Assembly (NCBI GenBank): GCA_038087875.1
Contig: CM075991.1
Coordinates: 7,504,001 to 7,568,000, forward strand
Direction: 5' to 3'
From: Malacoraja senta
Taxonomy: Eukaryota
Length of the DNA stretch: 64,000 bases
Shown here one piece after another: positions 50,936-62,170 of the stretch. A program made the translations under genes and the position numbers. Positions within the stretch are counted from its first letter, which is position 1. Each line of letters begins with the position of its first letter. The notes under the pieces were generated by a model. That model was not told the origin of the DNA. It ran no database searches and saw only the letters and a program-made list of their open reading frames with translations.

Positions 50936-53103
50936 CTGCTCCTGTGTCTTACACCTGCTTAACCCTGCTCCTGTGTCTTACAGTCAAATGGGTAGATAGA
51001 AATAAAACAAATGGGCAGATATTACCAAGGGGGGTGGGGGGGGTCATTCCTGAGAGATTGTGAGCAAAAATTCAGACCTTAGCAAAAACCAGCCAAATGA
51101 TGCCTGTGTTCTGGCTATGATTCACTCCTCTGCTGAAAGGTCTTGGTTATCTGATGCCTGAGGTGTTGGGAGCTGGTGATCTTCGGATCTAGTTACTGGA
51201 CATTTAGAGGAAGTGACTTGCGGAAATGGACAATGATCTGCGTTGTCTCTACACGATTTGACCAGCAGAAGAATAAAAGACCAAATAAATGAGTTGATTT
51301 AGGGGTGAAGTTTTTTCAAGAGGGAGAAGCGCAGTATATTTGCTTTCAATTCCCTGTAAAACATTCTAATTAACTTTATCCTTCTGTTTTTAATCTATTT
51401 CTTCTCCTGGTCTTGTTTTATTTTGTTTTAATATTGTAAATGCTGATAACCACGTCAAGAGAGATGTCTTAAAATAGGCACTCAGATTGGGGGGGGGGGG
51501 GTGCAGAATAATAAGGTCCCAAGGTTATCACGTTATTTGCTGAGTGTGCATCTGAGGTAGAATATAGCCCCAATTCCCACAGAGCTTAGTGCCAGCAACA
51601 GAAGCTTCGAATATTAACCCATTATCTCCTAAACCCAACTGAATGCCATTCTCTGCTGCCTCTGCAGTTTCTCTATGCTACACACTTCAAAATCAACTCA
51701 AGTTTAACAGAATAAATCCAAATAATCAGATAACCTATGTGCTGTCTGACCCGCTGGGTTACTGCAGCTTTTTGTATCTATCTTCGCTTTAAACCAGCAT
51801 CTGAAGAAGGGTCTCCACCCGAAACGTCACTCATTCCTTCTTTCCAGAGATGCTGCCTGTCCCGCTGAGTTACTCCTGCATTTTGTGTCTATCTGCAGTT
51901 CTTTCCAACATAACCTATATATTTACTCTTTGTGGAGTCTGTTGGAAATGCTAGCATTTATTTCCCATCCTTCACTGTCTCTGAACTGAATCGGTAATTG
52001 AAAATCAACAAAACCACTGGGTATTGAGTCACATCTCAGCTCATGTAAGAATGCAAATTCCCATCTACTGGTGGCTATCGGTGAATTAGACTTCTTGCTC
52101 GGACAATCCAATAGTTTCATGAATATTGTTACTTGAGACAGCCTTTTCTTTTTAAGACAGCATCTCTGGATGGTAGGAATGGGTGATGTTTTGGGTCGAG
52201 ACCCTTCTTCAGACTGAGAGTCAGGAGAGAGGGAGACACAGAGATAAGGAAGTGTAAAGTGTGAAAACAAGATCAAAAGAGATGTAGATCAAGGAGAAGG
52301 CAATATTAGAGATTCTTAATGGAATGGAATCAGATATATAGAAATATAACTGCAAACATGTCCTTCCCTCATCATTTGGCAGCATTGCACAATTCATTGC
52401 TTAGTTGCCAAATATACAATTTATTTTTGCACACTATGTTCCAATTGTCTGTTGAAAATCATTTGCTTTTTCTAAATCGTATTATTCCAAACAAAAAAGT
52501 GAATGAATACAGAAATATGTTGCTAAATCATGACAGAATGAGACATATTGAACTGGCAGTGCATTCTCAATAGACTGCACCATGTTCCCTGTATGCGGAT
52601 GAGATTAAAAGACAGCAGAGTGTCCAGTCTAGTTTCAAAATACTAATAGTAACCAACAGGGCGGTGTGGGAGAACAGAGAAATCTGGACTATCTCAACCT
52701 GAAGATGACTTCAAGAGGAACACAGAGCATTCACAAGTTTGCAAGTTCACAAGTTATAGGAATAGAATTAGGCCATTCAGCCCATCGAGTCTACTCCGCC
52801 ATTCAATCATGGCTGATCTCTGCCTCCCAATCCCATTTTCCTGCCCTCACCCATAACCCTTCACACCCCATTCTAATAGTAAGATTAAACGAGAACTTAC
52901 CAGTTTGAAGTTTGATCTTTATTTTATGAGGAGTTACGTTGGTGATTACGTGAAGAAGACCCGTCAGGGCGCATGCAAGTCAATCTTCAAAGCAGTGGTA
53001 TGAAATCACAGACAACACCATAATTGAAGTAACATATTAAGATGATCAACATGAGAACTACCATTATGACCTTTTTTCTATGAGAGAGGGTTGGGCGTGG
53101 CGG

Positions 53104-53216
53104 TCACGTAATCACCAACGTAACTCCTCATAAAATAAAGATCAAACTTCAAACTGGTAAGTTCTCGTTTAATCTTACTATTTTACTTCGGAGTCACGTG
53201 AGTGACCACGTGAAGA
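53104..53216. repeat. DIRS internal complementary region (ICR)
   Basis: 53104-53179 is the exact reverse complement of 52878-52953, then ATT, then 53183-53216 is the reverse complement of 58514-58547 with one mismatch. Confidence 0.95.
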
Positions 53217-53429
53217 TTTTAAAGCTCTGTGATTTTTATGCCGCAGATCAAAATCCCGGCTTCTCACTGCATCGATTGACTCTGAGTATCATCAATAATG
53301 CTGTAAACATGACATTGCATATCATGCAAAAACAAAACAGTTTTATTTTGGGTCATAAAACAACCAATAAACCCTCTTAATGTAGGGGCAACAAAACGAA
53401 ACAGAATTAAACAGTATTGAAAACAGACT

Positions 53430-54390
53430 TTAAACAATAGCAACAGCACTCAATATTGAATTGGCAAACAGCCCTCCATCGGCAATTGGCCGATGGTAGT
53501 ATTGCTGAAACACAAGTTCATTTTTCCAACCTGCGGCTTTTAATATATGGTCGATGGGAACATCCATCGCCCTGACCGCGGATGTTGCTACTGCGCTAGT
53601 GGAATGAGATGTAAACACATAAATGTTAATTCCTGCCTGAACCAACTCTTGCTTTAACCACCTTGAGATAGTCTGAACTGCCACTCTTTTATGTTGGCTT
53701 CTTGTAACTGACTAATAATCCTGTTTCTTCTTGTCTTAAAGCCCTTGTTGGCTTCAATGTAATGTAACAAATGTGTCCTTACACATAAACATGGAGCTGT
53801 AGGATATGCTGAGAACACAATCTTAAATCCTGTCACACCTGGCCTGCTTTGGTTGAGCAGGTCAGAAATATAAAACAGAACATTCTCTGTAGTCACTTCC
53901 ATTCTATCTAACTGAAGTTTTTGCAAAGTCTGCACTCTCTGTACTGACACCAATGCCATTAGCATAGCCAATTTCATGGTTAATTTTAACAAAGTTATAG
54001 ACGTGACAGGGACCCAATGACGAAGCATGTTAAGAACAACGCAGATTACCATATACCTAGGCTTAGGCGGTTTGGAATTAAAGATTCCTTTCATCAACCT
54101 AGATATGAGAGGGCGAGATCCTATACTTTGTGGCTGTGTACCTATTACAAGATATGCCGACAAAGCACTTCTAGCTGTATTGATAGCAGTATAGCTAAGA
54201 CCCTCATCATAATAAAGTGTAGATAAAACTCTAACACATTTTCAATAACTACAGTATCATATTGAATATTCTTTTGAACACAATATTGTTCCCATTTTTT
54301 TTACGTCATATACTGCTTTTGAGTACTCTTTCTCCAGGCTGCAGTGAGTATATCCACCGTTGGCCTAGAAAGTCCTCGACCAATGTAAGG
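53430..54390 (-). pseudogene. DIRS tyrosine recombinase (frameshifted)
   Basis: N-terminal GLSRPTVDILTAAWRKSTQKQY..GLSYTAINTARSALSAYL; catalytic region LMALVSVQRV, FTSHSTS (HxxR arginine replaced), AAGWKN..FQQYY. Confidence 0.9.
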
Positions 54391-54429
54391 CATTCTTAAA
54401 AACCGGCAAATTAACAGCTCCATACGATC

Positions 54430-54800
54430 ACATAACGGATGAACTTAATACGTTACTGGATGCTCCAGCAAATTCCTACTGTTTGGAATCAGCAAAAAGA
54501 GGTTGGATCGCTATCTGTAACATCCAAGGGAACCATGGTTGAATCGGGCAATTTGGTATCACCAAAACCCCTGAAGCGGCATCCTGCTTGATTTTCTCAA
54601 ACACCGACCTATGAGGCAGAATGGTGGGAAAATGTACACAAACATATCATCCCAATTTAGTGAAAAATCATCAATTGCCACTGCCCCTGGATCTGGTGCC
54701 TATGAAACATATTTTGGCCTTCCATATAGAAGTACTATGTTCTTGAACACATCCTGGTTCCACATCCACTCTGTATTATGACGGAATTTTCCGTGAGCTG
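54430..54800 (-). pseudogene. DIRS DNA adenine methyltransferase-like domain (decayed)
   Basis: Manual translation: TEWMWNQDVFK..KYVS*APDPGAVAIDDFSLNW..VYIFPPFCLIGRCL..VLVIPNCPIQPWFP; FPPF at 54619-54630. Confidence 0.8.
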
Positions 54801-54807
54801 CCATCTT

Positions 54808-56117
54808 TAGAATAGAATAGAATAGAAACTTTATTTGCCACACGACCAGGGTTGGTGGTAATTGGGTTCGGTACATGATGGTACTGCTTTAGCACATTAA
54901 CACTAACAACAATAATAATAAAGCACATCACAAATCACAAATCTCACCAACAATACATAGTGCAAAAGAACAGACAAAAACCATAGACAAGACACTGTAT
55001 ACATCAAAGTCAAAAAGTTATTGGAGGGAATTAAGTGTTCTTATTGCTGAGGGGAAGAAACTGTTTTTAAAACGGGTGGATTTTGTAGCAAGTGACCTAA
55101 GGCGCCTCCCTGAAGGGAGAGACTGGAAAAGGTGGTTTGCTGGATGGGAGGGGTCCGAGATGATCTTTGTTGCCCGTTTTGAGGTACGTTGGAGGTAAAT
55201 GGAATGGATTGAGGGGAGGGGAGAGTTGATGATCCTAGAGGCCTTGGAGACAATGCGCTGTATTCTGTGTAGTGAGTGACTGTCAGTGTTTCCGTACCAG
55301 ACTGTGATTGAGGAGGTGATGATGCTTTCAATGATGGATTGATAGAAGCGTACCAGGAGGTGTTTGTGGACTCTGAACTTCTTGAGCTGTCTGAGGAAGT
55401 ATAGGCGTTGTTGTCCTTTCTTAATGATGTGGTCAGCATTGATGTGCCATTTTAGATTATTGCAGATATAGGTGCCCAGGAACTTAAATAAGTTCGTGGA
55501 GGTTATGGGATGGGAGTTGACATGGACCGCGGGTTTGAGGTTTTGTTTGCGTCTGAAATCTATGATGGTTTCTAAGGTTTTTGAGGTGTTAAGCTGGAGG
55601 TTGTTTTCTGCGCACCATTTGACTGCGCTGTCCACTGTTTGATGGTATTGTGATTCATTGTTGTCTGAGATGAGGCCAATTATTGTCATGTCATCTGCAT
55701 ATTTGAACATTTTAACTGAGCTGTATTGGGATGTGAGGTTGTTGGTGTAAAGTGAGAAGAGCTGAGGTGACAGAACGCACCCTTGAGGGGCTCCTGTATT
55801 GATAGTCAGAGGGCTGGAGAGTTTTTCACCCACCTTGACTCTTTGTTGTCTGTTTGTAAGAAAATGTAAAATCCAATGGCACATGGCTAGGTGAATGCCC
55901 ATGTCCAACAGTTTATTGTAGAGTTTAATTGGGTGTATAGTATTAAAGGCCGAGTTAAAACCTATAAACAGGATGCGTGCATAAGTGTTCGGTGATTCCA
56001 AATGATGTAGGGAGTAGTGAAGAGCTAGGTTGATAGCATCCTCCACAGACCGGTTGGCGCTGTATGCAAATTGAAAAGGGTCCATGATGGGGACAGTGTA
56101 TGTTTTCAGATGGGTGT
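54808..56117 (-). mobile_element. 5'-truncated Rex1/Babar LINE nested in the DIRS
   Basis: AATAAA plus (TTCTA)n tail at 54808-54835; RT ORF 55018-56085; no clear TSD. Confidence 0.9.
55018..56085 (-). pseudogene. Rex1/Babar reverse transcriptase, uninterrupted 355-aa frame, 5'-truncated
   Basis: DPFQFAY, LFIGFNSAFNTI (D>G at the first catalytic Asp), GAPQGCVLSP, YADD, QRLYFLRQLKKF, LPSGRR. Confidence 0.92.
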
Positions 56118-56119
56118 AG

Positions 56120-57402
56120 GGTACTACATTAAGTTTCCCTGGCAGATAGATAGCTCCAATCCAAATCTCTCTATCCCTACTCCAGGTCCAATTGTATTTG
56201 CCAACCTGTCACATGATAACGATTTGATTCCACCCATGTGATTCATATCAGCAACTGCTGTCGTGTTGTCTATTTTGCACTGCACATGCAAACTAGTTTT
56301 GTTAGTGCCATAAGCCTTGAGTCCATAAAATACTCTTGGTTAATTCCCCATGTTTGCAGAAGCAATGTCCATCTGTCTCCACAGCTGGATCTTGTATCAG
56401 TAGCACCCTACCCAAGTGCTCTGACATCTGTCTGCAAAATCATGGAAGCTTGGTCCAATAACACTTTGGAACTACTAGTGGACACATGCTGAATCCACCA
56501 TTGTACATCAGCAACAGCCTCTATTGATAGAAGCATAGGTCTATTATAATGACCCAATGTATCCTCAATGCTTGTTCCTTTGACCTTTGTAATTGTCGAT
56601 AATAAAGTGGCCACTGTTAGAAATGCTGCCAGCATTTCCCCAGCAGACTCGTCACCTGGCTAATTGAAAGCTGTGTGTCAGCAATTATCTTGATACAGCT
56701 CTTAATTAGCTCTACCCTTTTTTGCCTGGGCAAGGTCACAATGATGTTGATTAAGTCTATTGTGAACCCAACTAGTCAATTTGTGTCACAGGTATTAATT
56801 TAGATTCTCTGGATAGCTTATGAAGCCCAATTTTTAAAAAAAAGTGATTTTTACCAACTGCCACTGATGCTTCAGCTGTTTCCTTTGATTGTCCTACAAT
56901 CAAGATATTATCTAGTTAAGCCATGAGCACATGCCCTTGACTTCTCATCATGCCTAGAATAGGTTTTAACAACTTTGTAATTACTCTAGGAGCTGAAGAC
57001 AATGCATTGTATTGCCATAATTGCCCCATCCAGCTGAATTTTAAATCTTCTATCCTGCAAATGAACAGACACTGAATAATACGCATCTTTAAGATCTCCT
57101 CAAACGTTTCCATCTTTAAATGTCTATACCGTACAAAAAAGTTTAAGACTAGTCAGGTCCAGTATAATTCTGCATCCCCCATCCTTTTTTGGTCTGGGAA
57201 AGATATTGGACACAAACTGATGGCTTTGGTAAACTGCCTTAGCAATTACACCCTTATTACATAAGCTTGCAAGTTCCACCTGAACTTCCAATTGTTCAGT
57301 GATACTGAAGTCAAACTCCTTTTTGGAACATGTTTGCATGGGTAAATCAGAATTTGCATTAAGCGTTATTCGATACCCTTCAATAACCTTCAGTATAAAC
57401 AT
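56120..57402 (-). pseudogene. DIRS reverse transcriptase and RNase H (decayed)
   Basis: FVSNIFPRPKKDGGCRIILDL, SSAPRVITKLLKP, *LDN at the YLDD position, QTDVRALG, IDNTTAVA, IYLPGKLNVV. Confidence 0.88.
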
Positions 57403-57449
57403 ATCTGAGGTATCACATTAGATCTGTCTATATGAGAACCAGACCCACT

Positions 57450-58320
57450 TACCTCCTTACCACCTGGCATTCTTCCCCGGCCTCGAGCTGGATATCTCAC
57501 CTTCCCTGGCGCTGCTACAGCCGAATGCCAACTGCGCTGCATCGTAGCTGCACTCGTCCCTTGCCCGGACCAGTCTCCTCGCTTATAGGGATACTCTTTG
57601 GTGGATATGTGGCTGCTGGCTGCTTAATCAAGCCCACCGTCTTGGCCTCCTCCTCCAGCTCCTTCACCTGCTTTGCGAAATCCTCGCCAAACAGCTATGC
57701 TGGTGGCAAGTTCCTCACCCAGAAGCTCACCAGCGCCCGACGACATGGCAATCCGTGCTGCACACGGTGTCAGCTCTGGCAGCTGCCTGCCCTCCCTTTG
57801 GAAGTCGTCGTCAGACTCAGGGTCAGAGCGTATCTGCCCTTCTGCACTCACCTCTTGCAAAGAGTGTGCTTTCAAGCAGGCCTCTACTAGGCACTGCCAG
57901 CGGAGCCTTCCCGACGGCCTCCCGCCTGCACAACTCCTCCTGGAGTGTGGCTTTGTGAAGCAGAACCTCTCCTAGGCACTGCCAGTGGAGCCTTCCCTAT
58001 GGCTTCCCGCCTGCACTCCTCCTCCTGGAGCGTCTCTGTGGAGCAGCCCCTGTATGAGCTGCTCCTTTTGGATAACCGCTGGGGAAGGGTATCCTGTCCC
58101 CGACGGGACTCTCGTGGCCCGACTCTGCGGAGTCTATAGCCTTTACAGACTTGGGTTATGCCGACCGCCCGACTGGCGTTGGCTGTGTACCCGGCTGGGC
58201 ACTTTCCGAAGTCTGTCGCCGCACCGCTACCGGCTTGCGACTCCCCCGAGGTGACAGGCTGCCTTTCAGAGACTGCGCTCCCACAGCTCTCTCTCTCCTT
58301 GTCGGTAGCAGACCTGCACC
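57450..58320 (-). pseudogene. DIRS gag-like ORF remnant
   Basis: Position 5' of RT within the element; manual translation LFGEDFAKQVKELEEE near 57640-57692; about 85-bp tandem duplication at 57881-58048. Boundaries approximate. Confidence 0.5.
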
Positions 58321-59547
58321 TTGATGATTTTTTACTTGTTCCTGTATTGTGGGAAAAACATACAGCAACAATTTTTTACTTTTTTCGAACTCCTCCAAAG
58401 TCTCCCCGACTTTGGTGGAGTTGTAATTACTCACCTGCAGGAGGAGCTCCATCCTCCTGCTGCCGGGCGCCAATGCGTCAGACGTAATGACGCACATGCG
58501 CCCTGACGGGTCTTCTTCACGTAGTCACTCACGTGACTCCGAAGTAAAATCAAGAATTTGTCCTTCTCTGCCTTAAAAATATCCACTGACTTAGAGGCCT
58601 CCACAGCCTTCTGTGGCAATGAGTTCCACAAATTAACTACCCTCTGACTAAAGAAGTTCCTCCTCACCTCCTTTTTAAAAGAGCACCCTTTAATTCTGAG
58701 GCTATGACTTATGGTCCTAGACTCTCCCACCAGTGGAAACATCCTTTCCACATCTATCTATGCTGTAAGTTTCAATGAGGTCCCCCCTCAACCTTCCAAA
58801 CTCCAGCGAGTAAAGGCCCAGTGCTGTCAAGTGCTCAGCATACGCTAACCCACTCATTCCTGGAATCATTCTTGTAAACCTCCTCTGGACCCTCTCCAGA
58901 GCCTCTTCAGAGAGAACAACAACTTCTATTGAAATAGCCTCTCTGACAGGAAATATATCCCAATGAGGTTTGGATCATCTCATGTTCATGGACAACAGGT
59001 TGAAGGGCACCAACTGGGAATGTTGGTATAAAATTTTGGAGCTAGCAGAGACATAGATAAAGATGTCAGTTGCAAGGTAAACTGACGCAAAGGTGGAAAT
59101 AGGCAGTGTTATGGACATGAGAAATTTCCGAATGGTAACACAATAAGTCAGGATTTTGGTTTTGTGACTTGCAATGATTTTGCATTGTGTTCCTATGCAT
59201 CTGTTGCCCTTGACTTTCTAGACGTTATGGAATCCAGAGCTATAAACAGCACAGAAATAGGCCAAAGATAGACACAAAATATTGGAGTAACAGCGCTCAG
59301 GCAGCATTGAAAAAAATGGATAGGGTCGGGAAAGGCACCTATCCACCTTCTCCAGAGATGCTGCCTGATCAAACAGGTCATTTGGCCCAATGCTTCTGTG
59401 CCAGCCATCAAATATCCATTTACATTAATCCTACACTGCTTTCCATTTTATTCTCCATTCGTTCCGATCAGCTCCCATGGGATTTCATCACTCATAAACG
59501 CACACCAGGGGCAATTTGCAGTGTTCAAATAAGCTTTAGGATGTGGG

Positions 59548-60101
59548 AGGCTGGAGCCGGTGACGACGAACGACGTGACGAGTGTGGAGAGAGGCCGGGA
59601 GGAGAGGCGAGGGAACCGGGGTCTGGCCTACCTCGAGGTCGGCTGCGGGAGGCGCCCCAGGGGAACAGGGGTGGATGGGCAAGGTGAGGGACGTCGGTTT
59701 GTCGGTCAACCCGCACGTCCAAGGGCAGGCGACGGCTGGAGGCCTGCAGCAGCCTGGGGCTTGCCTGGAACGGGCACCGCTCATAATACCTAGAGAGCAG
59801 AGCGGAGTGAAAATGGCGCCAAAACATGTTCCCTCATGCACGTGGTATCAGTTGACTATTTCTGAGCAATTTGCTAATCGGGGATGTGCTTAGATGTTGG
59901 AATACTCCATTGAAAATAGACACTTAATGCTGGAGTAACTCAGCGGAACAGGCAGCCTCTCTGGATAGAATAAATGGGTGACATTTTGGGTCGAGACCAT
60001 TTCTTCAGACAGAATACTCTACTGGACTGTTTGTAAGAAAATAATTTCACCAAGTGTTTTCATTTTGCACATGTGATAATGAAAGCAACATTGATTATTG
60101 A
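59548..60101 (+). mobile_element. GC-rich repeat with Rex1-like 3' tail, interrupted by a Penelope repeat (about 59914-60010)
   Basis: CpG-rich body, 3' end aatttcac..gcacatgtgataatgaaagcaacattgattattga; gaatactc duplicated around the Penelope insert. Confidence 0.5.
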
Positions 60102-61703
60102 ATGTGGACTACCCAGGCAAAACACACTTGGGCACATGGTGAACATGAAAGCCACACAGAGACAGCAGTGGAGGTCAGGATCAAATCCGAGTCGCTGCTT
60201 ATTGTCAAGAGTCTTTACAGATCGGAACAGCAAATAGATGCACAGTTTACTCCCGCAATGAGCGAGGGGAAGATTTATGAAATGGTGACCAGGCTGCTGA
60301 TCAAGCAGAGTGTTATTTTTTTGAATGTATTCTGCATTGATATAAATTGATGCTGTTTTTTCCTGAGCTAAGGGTTGTACGTATGCAACTGTTTGTTTAC
60401 TCCGAATGCTTTATTACATTAGTTTTAATCCCAGCATCGAGAAATGTTAAAAGTACATTTTTAAATAATATTTTCAATGGTGGAACATTATTGCAAATTT
60501 TTTTTTTCCCCGTAAAAGCAATTTGTGAATCTGCCACTTGCAACAACAGCATCAAGGTGCATTTATTGATAGGCAAAAATCAATTGCTCCCGCTTGTGAA
60601 ATAGAGAGCAAACAAAGAGGGCTTTGGTTTAGGAAACAGCCCTCTGCCTCACATATCATTATGCCCATGTCTGTTTGTGGGATGTAATTAAGGCTTTTGC
60701 AGAAATACTGGGTGAATTTATGAGAATGAAACCTTCTGACTGCGAGTCTTTGTGGGTCATTTGCAAGTTAATTAAAAACTTCCCCTCGCCTCGTGAATAT
60801 TTCCCAGTATGTATTTTTCTCCCTTTTCCTCCTTCAAACTAATATTGATTTGTTGCCTGCTTTTCCCTGAGATTCTGACTCACAGTGGAACGCATGCAAG
60901 CAAATTAAATGCCACTGCATTTATTAGTCAAAGCCTGGCAAGGTGCAAATGAAAGAAATGTAATTTGCTCATCTCTGCGGATGTTTCTGCTCCGTGAATC
61001 TGGTCAGTAATGCCGGCGGGAGGCAACAGGACCTGGGACGATGACATCCAAACATCTGTCGTCAATTTTCTATGCATTACATATCAAGATTCCATCTTGT
61101 GGCATGGTCCCATAACAATCATAGCATCCTCTCTAAGAGATATATATTCTTTACATATTCCTGCAGGACACAGCGGGAGCTTCCGTCTTCAGGAAAGCTG
61201 ATCAAGAAATTCTCAGGAGTGATTCCTTGGACTCACAACCTTCTTAGGTGAAGTGCTGGAGTAACTCAACCAGTCAGGCAGCTTCTCTAGAGAACACATG
61301 TGGGTGATGTTTCGGGCCACGACTCTGCTTCAGACCTAAAATGTCACCAATAGTATCTCCAGAGATGCTGCCTGGACTGCTACGTTACTCCAGGACTTTG
61401 TGTCTTTTGTTGTGTAAACCACCATCTGCAGTTGTTTGTGCCTCAACTTTCTTACTCAGTAGGGTGAGCTCTTTACCCATTTATTAACGTGACCTGACAT
61501 TTGGGCTCATACACAGGTTTTTCTTTCTTTTGAATGAAGTTGATGAGCAAAAGTGCAACTACATTGCATTGCCCAGGATGTTGCTCCAGGGTCTAACTAA
61601 ACAGTCGAGCATTCTTGAGAGACTATGTGGTAGGGAACATAGTGACTGGTTGCTCAGTTCGGCAACTCGAATGTCCAGGAACAAAGGAGATGACAGAGTG
61701 TGG

Positions 61704-61903
61704 NNNNNNNNNNNNNNNNNNNNNNNNNNNNNNNNNNNNNNNNNNNNNNNNNNNNNNNNNNNNNNNNNNNNNNNNNNNNNNNNNNNNNNNNNNNNNNNNN
61801 NNNNNNNNNNNNNNNNNNNNNNNNNNNNNNNNNNNNNNNNNNNNNNNNNNNNNNNNNNNNNNNNNNNNNNNNNNNNNNNNNNNNNNNNNNNNNNNNNNNN
61901 NNN
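61704..61903. other. Assembly gap (200 N)
   Basis: Run of exactly 200 N. Confidence 1.
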
Positions 61904-61914
61904 GACCGCCCTTT

Positions 61915-62170
61915 ACTTGTTGGTAGGATGGTTCAGTTGCCTGATAACAGCTGGGAAGAAATTGTCTCTGAACCTGTCGGTATGCATTTTCACACTTCTG
62001 TACCTCTTATCTGATGGGGGAAGGGAGACGAGGGAGTGAGATGCGACCTTGATTATGCTGGTGGCCTTGCTGAGGCAGCGTGAAGTGTTGATGGAGCCAA
62101 TGGAAGGGAGGTTGATTTATGTGATGGTCTGGGCTGCGTCCACAATTCTCTGCAACTTCTTGCAGTTTGG
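61915..62170 (-). mobile_element. Rex1/Babar LINE 3' fragment
   Basis: Reverse complement resembles 46795-46985 (ttcttcccagctgttatcaggcaactgaac corresponds to FFPAVIRQLN). Confidence 0.7.

Larger units (their letters stand above)
52875..58550 (-). mobile_element. DIRS1-type tyrosine-recombinase retrotransposon, full-length structure, coding regions decayed
   Basis: ITRs about 52942-52985 and 58487-58528; ICR 53104-53216; AAT at both ends; domain order gag-RT-RNaseH-MTase-YR on the minus strand. Confidence 0.95.
52735..58905 (-). mobile_element. CR1 LINE 3' fragment split by the DIRS element (parts 52735-52877 and 58548-58905)
   Basis: cccattctAAT joins to caagaatttgtcc, restoring a CR1 3' region like 33490-33500; ORF 58550-58751 reads RRNFFSQRVVNLWNSLP. 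Confidence 0.85.

Noticed and set aside
53430..54163. Phage integrase or bacterial contamination, suggested by recombinase plus Dam-like domains
   Set aside because: The domains lie within ITR/ICR-bounded DIRS structure next to RT and RNase H, embedded in a vertebrate CR1.
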